Source: an uncultured Desulfobacter sp. (GTDB lineage: Bacteria; Desulfobacterota; Desulfobacteria; Desulfobacterales; Desulfobacteraceae). Taken from it: a stretch of DNA of 64,000 nt. Position numbers and translations under genes: made by a program. Shown piece after piece: positions 58,701 through 64,000 of this stretch. The first letter of the stretch is position 1, and each line of letters begins with the position of its first letter. The notes beneath the pieces were generated by a model that worked only from the letters and a program-made list of their open reading frames with translations, searched no databases and was not told where the DNA came from. Where the stretch lies: positions 32,001 to 96,000 of the forward strand of contig OY762069.1 in the NCBI GenBank assembly GCA_963665095.1. The letters are read 5' to 3'.

Positions 58701-59139
58701 TTCGTCTGTGGCGCAGACGTCCGGAACTACCCTGATGGTCGGGCGGGATCCGGACGGCAAACAACCTTCGGTCAGGTTTGAGTATAACGGCATTGCCCCG
58801 GACAAAGCATCCAATATGATTCAGGCGCTTGCCGGACTTTACACGGCAGGCCGGAAAAGCGTGCTGCCCTTTTTTGCGGATCCCTGTTTTTATCTGGCCC
58901 GGGATCTTTTTTCAAGAGAGTGGGATCTGTCAGATGCCTCCCTTGAAAAGGCACTTGTAAGAACCACCGTGCTTTGGGCCGGCAGTGACTATGTGCAGGG
59001 CGAGCTTGCCAATCGCTACACAGCACTTTTGTTCCAAGACAATAATCCGTTTTCAGATCCGGAGACGCTGAGAATGTCAGGGGTGCTGGAAGCGGGCCTG
59101 GCTGTATATCAACCCCTGCTGGAGCACCTGACCCCATGA
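55741..59139 (+). CDS. recC: Exodeoxyribonuclease V gamma subunit
   Basis: SNRMENL, QSRGMKKWL, GNPLL..LG, CHSPMREAQVL, LMPMRSIPF, HPL.PFS. Confidence 0.95.
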   Translation: MLHLIKSNRMENLAQALCTVISDVFHDPMAPEFIGIQSRGMKKWLSQVIAEKFGICANVRFMFPRPLLEYVREQSGCRRGDGPVPSLDREMMAWAVLDILMDDGALVPGSEADPTGPAAYLKNDDTGTKAMALSRKIAAVLDDYQVYRPDMLSAWTRSEFQDSADGHAMWQAKLWQALIRKGSPLHDQMQTCLMEIDTRKGLQANLPERISLFGMSSLPPSFLEFFYGLSRKIEVNLFLLTPTSHFFFDLSSPQQQEKMALRSGIPVDLTQGNPLLGALGQGSREAQELLENFDYHEPFDDLFVDPVVDSAALENGDDSLTPRMLDVIQSDILNMVRRAPGADPEPGMSDLPLDVSPCDRSISIHACHSPMREAQVLKDLLLDAFNRNCNLAPHDVVVMVPDIEAYAPFLEAVFSQEPRLPYTVSDRRRRSESETLEAFLNILALKESRLEKSKVMALLASPVIADKFELRVPDQDLLSSLFDRAGVLWGKDGAHRQEVLGQPYEENSWAFGLDRLMAGFALPEGERAFMHGVLPCDGLEGLEAELLGNFAHFIHTLFDALDLMESAVTVSEWAARFKTVVSRMLVKDLENDGDVAVLLEALDDMAGDAERAGFEKKIFFPAVAKVLTARLDVNVSQGSFLGGCMTFCNLMPMRSIPFRLVCLMGMDTKSFPRTGMSPGFDLIRKHPRLGDKQERQEDCGLFLEALLCARDQLIITYTGRSIRDNSPIPCATPVAELEDTVENSFIFPHGFQWRYDHPLHPFSQDYFRRDEPRLFFSYDTAQYRICRSLTGGDALPGAAGGAGKFLGTHQAQERLSPPAPSENDVLDGAASTTIDLSDFIRFFRHPVQYYATTILGLNYPDPGEVPEEREPFRLSGLAVYQLGSLAVEDLNPETLFPIVRGRGSLPFGKKGEQAWERINDQAGPVRQMVEKTFPKGAAHVIGVNIPTRFGVVSGQVDQVYDTCRAVAEFGKLTPRRLLNQWVMHLAFSSVAQTSGTTLMVGRDPDGKQPSVRFEYNGIAPDKASNMIQALAGLYTAGRKSVLPFFADPCFYLARDLFSREWDLSDASLEKALVRTTVLWAGSDYVQGELANRYTALLFQDNNPFSDPETLRMSGVLEAGLAVYQPLLEHLTP

Positions 59140-62100
59140 CAGAAACTTCTTGCCCTTTTGCCCCCTTGCCCCTTGATCCCTTTACTCTGGATCTTGAGCA
59201 GACCTGTCTCATCGAGGCCAGTGCCGGGACTGGAAAGACCTATACCATCACCACCCTGGTAGTCCGGCTGGTGGCCATGGGGTACCCGGTGGAATCCATC
59301 CTTGTTGTGACTTTTACCGAAGCTGCGGCAGCGGAACTGAAACTCAGAATCAGAAAGCGTCTGGTCCAGAGTGCCAAAGCGCTGTCAGGACAGGGTGGTA
59401 CCGAGGAAACAACCGATGATCTTATCCGGTTTCTGTCCGGGCTTGGAGATACAGACCGGATCTGCCGGCGGCTGCGCCTGGCCGTGGCCTGTTTTGACCA
59501 GGCCGCTGTGATGACCATCCATGCATTTTGTTACTCTGTGCTGCGGGACAACGCTTTTGAAAGCCGTGCCCATTTTGACATGGAGCTTCTGGTAAGCAAC
59601 CGCGGATTTGTGGCGCAGGTGGTGGCTGATTTTTTCTCCGCCCGCATCACATCGCTGGATCCCTTGTTTTTAAGCTTTCTGGATGCCGGCAATGTGACCC
59701 CAAAAACATTTGCTTCAGGGCTGCTGCGGGCGCTCTCCCGGCCGGAAACCCGTATTATTCCCCCCAAACCGGACTTTAGAGACATCAGCCTGCAATACCG
59801 GGAGACGGTCAGGGAAGCGGCCCGGATCGTGGTGGCTGAAAAAGAGTCCATTATTTCCTGCATCCAGACCCACAAAGGGGTGCAGAAACGAAGCTACACA
59901 AAAAAAAGTCTGCCCAACTGGCTGGACGCATGTATGGATGGGCTGAACAGAAAGCCGGATGGCAATCTTCTGTTTAACATGACTGAGAAGGGCGATGCCT
60001 TATACAAATTCACCCTGACCCGGCTTCAGGAAAAGACAGATCCGGGATATGCCCCGCCAGATCACAGGTTTTTTGAACTGTGTGAGCAGATTCTGGCATT
60101 CCATCAGGAGATGCAGGCCAATCTCATTGCCTTGCGATATCTTTTCCTGGAAGACTATGCCACTGCCCTTTTGGCCATGAAGCAGGGGCAGGGGGCCTGT
60201 TTTTTTGACGATCTGATCAATGATCTTGCAGCCGCCCTGGAAGGCGCTTCTGCCGGCGAATTGAAAAAAGCAGTGACCACCCGTTACCACGCCTGTCTCA
60301 TTGATGAATTCCAGGACACTGATCCCGGCCAGTATAAAATTTTTTCCATCCTGTTCCATGATCCGGGCACCCCGTTTTTTATGATCGGGGATCCCAAGCA
60401 GGCCATCTACGGGTTCAGAGGCGGTGATATCTTTACCTACATGGCGGCGTCCCGGGCCTGTGACCAGCGGTTTACCCTGACCTGCAACTACCGGTCTGCG
60501 CCGGCTGTGGTACAGTCGGTGAATACCTTTTTTTCGCAGGATGAAAATCCCTTCGGGTTCGAACTGATCCCCTTTACCCCGGTGGAAACCCCGGACAGCG
60601 CCTTTGAACGTCTTTTCCAGGACAATTCTCCCCTTGCCCCCACCCGGGTGGTCATGGTGGACAGAGACGGTTTTTCCTGCGACCGAAGCGGCATGATCAA
60701 AAAGTCTGACGGACAGGAATCCATACCTGATATCCTGGCCCGGGATATGCTCTCCATTCTTAAAAATCCAAAAATAAGCCTGGCTGCCGGGGGTGACAGG
60801 GACGGACCCGTAATATCAGCCCCTGTCACCCCTGGGGAGATGGCAGTCCTTGTGCGCACCAACAAACAGGCGGAACTGGTCTACCAGGCCCTGGCCCGGT
60901 ATGGCATCCCCTGTTATCTCTCCAGCACCGGCTCCGTGTTTGATTCTATCCAGGCCCGGGAGCTGTTTGATATTCTGTCTGCGGTAAACCGGCCCAACAA
61001 CATGGGATTGATCCGAGCGGCCCTGGTATCATCTGTCTATCAGGCGGATGAGGCATTCTTTTGCCGAATGGATGATGATGACGCGTTGGCCGGTTTCTGG
61101 CAGGAGCGGTTTGCAGCATTCCGGAAGATCTGGGAGGAGAAGGGCTTTGTTTCCATGATCACCACCCTGCTGCACGATGATGCCAGCGATCCTGCCCCCT
61201 GCATCCGGCTGGATGAACGGGGCCTGACCAATATTTTTCACCTGGTGGAGCTGCTTTCCAGAGCCTCCCTGAACCAGGGCAGGGATTTGTGGACTCCTGC
61301 AGGCCTGCTGCTGGAGTGGTTCAGAAAACAGCTGTTTGAAGAGACCCGGGATACCGGGAGCGATGACGAATTGCGCCTGGAAAGCGATGCCAGGGCCGTG
61401 GCCATTGTTACCATCCACAAAAGTAAGGGGCTTGAGTACCCCCTGGTTTTTCTGCCGTTTTTATGGGATGCCGGTACCCGCCGGGATAACGGGGCACCGG
61501 TGCTTTACCATGATCCCCGGGAGAATCATGCCCTTATCCTGGACCTTGGCTCTGACGAGAGGGACAGGGGACGGCAACTGGCCCTGGGAGAAGAGGCGGC
61601 AGAGGATGTGCGTCTGCTCTATGTGGCGCTGACCCGGGCATCGGCGGGGATCAGAGTCTACTGGGGCGGATTTGCCGGCGTCGAGAAGTCTGCCCTTGGC
61701 CGGTGGCTGCATAAAGAGGGGTGCAAAGAGGATTCGACCATGATCCGGGATCTGGACCGACTGTGTGATGCATCCGGCGGAAGCATTGGTGTCGTGCGGC
61801 TGATCCCTGAAGATCTGTCTGAGGGCTGTTTTAAGGCTGATCAGGCCGCCGGTGCCCGTTTTGCTGCCAGAACCATGAAGCGGGTGGTGGCGCCGTCCTG
61901 GCGTATCACCAGTTATTCCGCCCTGGCTGCCGGCCGGCTCCAGGATCTGAATCTGGACGGGCAGGGGGAGAGACAGGAGCCGGTTCCGGACATACCCATT
62001 GGGGGGGAAACACCCCCGCAGGATATCATTCCCCTGGCCGGTTTTCCCAAAGGTGCCGGTGCCGGTGATTTTTTTCACAAGGTGTTTGAAGAGATTGACT

Positions 62101-62756
62101 TCTGTGATGCCGCCACCATTGAACCGGCCGTGACCCGCAACCTTGACCGGTTTGGTTTTTCATTGCCCGGGACAGACTCAGATATCTGCGATGCCTTTCA
62201 AAGTGTATTGTCAACCCGGCTTGATACAGGTCAGGGCAACGGCTTTTCCCTGGATCAGGTCCCGGTGAACTGCCGCCTGGTGGAGATGGAATTCAATGTG
62301 TCTTTGAGCCGGTTTGAACCGGCCCGTTTGAGCCGGATCTTTGCAGAAGATGACACCGTCAGCGATTATGCCCCGAGAATATCAAATATGCAGGTGCCCA
62401 CATTCACAGGATTTTTAAAAGGGTTTATCGATCTTGTGGTCTGCCATGAAAGCCGCTGGTATATTCTGGATTATAAATCCAATTATTTAGGGGCCTCTTT
62501 TCAGGATTACCATGCCGGTGCCCTGAAACAGGCCATGGTCAGCCACGACTATATACTCCAGTACTATTTGTATCTTTCCGCCCTAGACCGTTATCTGACA
62601 CACCGCATGAAAGATTATGACTATGATACGCATTTCGGCGGGGTGTTTTATCTGTTCATCCGGGGCATGGCCAGGAAGAGAGACACCGGTATCTTTTTTC
62701 ACCGGCCCCGGGCAGAGGCTGTAACCCAGTTGCACTCTCTTCTTCTGGCTCGCTGA
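59136..62756 (+). CDS. recB: Exodeoxyribonuclease V beta subunit
   Basis: IEASAGTGKT, LIDEFQDTD, IGDPKQAIY.FRG, TIHKSKGLEY, LLYVALTRA, GFIDL...LDYKSN nuclease domain. Confidence 0.96.
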   Translation: MTETSCPFAPLPLDPFTLDLEQTCLIEASAGTGKTYTITTLVVRLVAMGYPVESILVVTFTEAAAAELKLRIRKRLVQSAKALSGQGGTEETTDDLIRFLSGLGDTDRICRRLRLAVACFDQAAVMTIHAFCYSVLRDNAFESRAHFDMELLVSNRGFVAQVVADFFSARITSLDPLFLSFLDAGNVTPKTFASGLLRALSRPETRIIPPKPDFRDISLQYRETVREAARIVVAEKESIISCIQTHKGVQKRSYTKKSLPNWLDACMDGLNRKPDGNLLFNMTEKGDALYKFTLTRLQEKTDPGYAPPDHRFFELCEQILAFHQEMQANLIALRYLFLEDYATALLAMKQGQGACFFDDLINDLAAALEGASAGELKKAVTTRYHACLIDEFQDTDPGQYKIFSILFHDPGTPFFMIGDPKQAIYGFRGGDIFTYMAASRACDQRFTLTCNYRSAPAVVQSVNTFFSQDENPFGFELIPFTPVETPDSAFERLFQDNSPLAPTRVVMVDRDGFSCDRSGMIKKSDGQESIPDILARDMLSILKNPKISLAAGGDRDGPVISAPVTPGEMAVLVRTNKQAELVYQALARYGIPCYLSSTGSVFDSIQARELFDILSAVNRPNNMGLIRAALVSSVYQADEAFFCRMDDDDALAGFWQERFAAFRKIWEEKGFVSMITTLLHDDASDPAPCIRLDERGLTNIFHLVELLSRASLNQGRDLWTPAGLLLEWFRKQLFEETRDTGSDDELRLESDARAVAIVTIHKSKGLEYPLVFLPFLWDAGTRRDNGAPVLYHDPRENHALILDLGSDERDRGRQLALGEEAAEDVRLLYVALTRASAGIRVYWGGFAGVEKSALGRWLHKEGCKEDSTMIRDLDRLCDASGGSIGVVRLIPEDLSEGCFKADQAAGARFAARTMKRVVAPSWRITSYSALAAGRLQDLNLDGQGERQEPVPDIPIGGETPPQDIIPLAGFPKGAGAGDFFHKVFEEIDFCDAATIEPAVTRNLDRFGFSLPGTDSDICDAFQSVLSTRLDTGQGNGFSLDQVPVNCRLVEMEFNVSLSRFEPARLSRIFAEDDTVSDYAPRISNMQVPTFTGFLKGFIDLVVCHESRWYILDYKSNYLGASFQDYHAGALKQAMVSHDYILQYYLYLSALDRYLTHRMKDYDYDTHFGGVFYLFIRGMARKRDTGIFFHRPRAEAVTQLHSLLLAR

Positions 62757-62778
62757 TCAGGACACCGGGTTTCCCCCC

Positions 62779-63445
62779 TTATGCCTTGAATTGGCAGGTC
62801 ATCCGGCCCGGTTGGACAAAGACCGCTTCCAGCTCTTCTGCCTTGTTTCTTACCGATGCTGAAAATTTACTGATGGTTCTGGATTCAGTCAGGACATCGT
62901 TGATTTCTGAAGCCACCTGACCGGAGACCTGTGAGCTTTCAATGATATTGACATTGACGTCCTTGATTCCTGCGGAGACCTGCCGGATGTTTTCAGCAAT
63001 TTCGGTGGTGGTGGCAGACTGCAGGTCAATGGCGGAGGAGGCTTGTGTCACATAATTGTCAATCTGGCTGATGATGTCTGAAATCTGGTGGATCTCCTGG
63101 ACCGCGCCGTTGACCTGTTCCTGGATTTTTTGAATGTTTGTTGCAATATCCTTCTGTGGCCCCGGCCGTCTGTCCGGCCAGCGCCTTGATCTCTCCGGCC
63201 ACCACGGCAAATCCCCGGCCGGCTTCACCGGCTCTTGCCGCTTCGATGGTCGCGTTCAGGGCCAGTAAATTGGTCTGGGATGAGATATTATTGATGGTAT
63301 CTGTGACCTGGTTAATCTGATCGGCAGCATGGCCGAGCTGACTGACCCGCTCAGACGCCTGGCGGGCCTGTTTCACCGCTTTTGCCGTGATCGCCTGGGT
63401 CTGTTTGGCGTTTTCCGTTACCTTTTCAATGTTCTGGGTCATCTG
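62779..63445 (-). pseudogene. Truncated, frameshifted methyl-accepting chemotaxis protein (signalling domain)
   Basis: [38 protein letters not shown], then a shift near 63151 into [10 protein letters not shown]...QSATTTEIA..QFKA. Confidence 0.85.
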
Positions 63446-63998
63446 TGCCGGCACCCAGGCTGTGACCACCCCGTCTTCGGTAAAGTAATGTTGTGTATGA
63501 TTATGTTCGTTACGGTATTCACTGAGCATAGTGCTGTTCCTTAATTCCTGAAGGCTGATATCAAGAAGGGTTACAGTAATTTTTTCCTTTCTTTCCCGCT
63601 TGAAGGCGTATTCGGTAACGGTTTTCACAATCCTGTCCTCAAAGGCTTTGATGGTCCGTATTTCAATATTGTGCAGGCTTCGGTGTAAAGATTCCAGATG
63701 CGCCTTATCTTTGGGTGAATACACCCTTGAAAAGTCCGCCGCCAAATAGAAGCCTTGTGGTGTAGAATGCACAAGGTTCATGGCATTGATGGGGCGTTTT
63801 AGATTTAAAAATCCCTTTGCCTGATCAGGCCTGATACCGATTTTTTGCAAAGGCAAAGGGATGCTCAATAAAAAAACGGGTAAAAAGATCCACAGAGTTC
63901 AGGCTGCTTTCGGTAAAATAAAGGTCCAGGATAAACATGTTTTTGGAACCGGTATCAAATATTTCAATAACCTGTGGTTTTTGCCAGTTACCGTGTTC
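63446..63998 (-). pseudogene. Fragment of an unrelated protein, joined in frame to the MCP remnant; probable frameshift near 63843
   Basis: Open frame from the window edge (EHGNWQKPQVIEIF...HPFAFAK) stops at 63825; removing one A from the A6 run joins it to [12 protein letters not shown]... Confidence 0.5.
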
Positions 63999-64000
63999 AT

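Noticed and set aside
1..64000. CRISPR array, rRNA, tRNA, integrase or transposase
   Set aside because: No regularly spaced repeats, RNA-gene signatures or mobile-element ORFs were seen by eye; a covariance-model scan was not possible

Overview
A gene-dense 64-kb chromosomal segment, most likely from an anaerobic sulfate-reducing bacterium of the Desulfobacteraceae (inferred from gene content, not searched). I saw no rRNA, tRNA, CRISPR array, integrase or transposase. From left to right it holds: (1) a minus-strand stressosome locus, with an output-less 3xPBP/3xPAS membrane receptor, rsbR(PAS)-rsbS-rsbT-rsbX, a hybrid histidine kinase and an HD-GYP response regulator; (2) msrAB, an orphan eutS-eutP microcompartment pair and a eukaryote-type arginine kinase; (3) a moxR/bat operon followed by a 126-bp nested palindrome; (4) housekeeping genes (DJ-1 family, lepB, gpsA, flavodoxin, rnhA, mlaC, pstCASB, xth); (5) an oxygen/redox-defence region containing three diiron ferritin-like proteins, a grx-FTR-citrate synthase-rubredoxin/membrane operon, a rubredoxin-fused FMN oxidase, desulfoferrodoxin, a rubredoxin missed by the ORF track, a deleted fprA/roo remnant, cydAB and a thioredoxin, with nine sigma54 -24/-12 motifs in front of these units; (6) an MTAP-APRT fusion, recC-recB without an adjacent recD, and a chimeric, frameshifted MCP pseudogene. 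All product calls come from motif recognition by eye.
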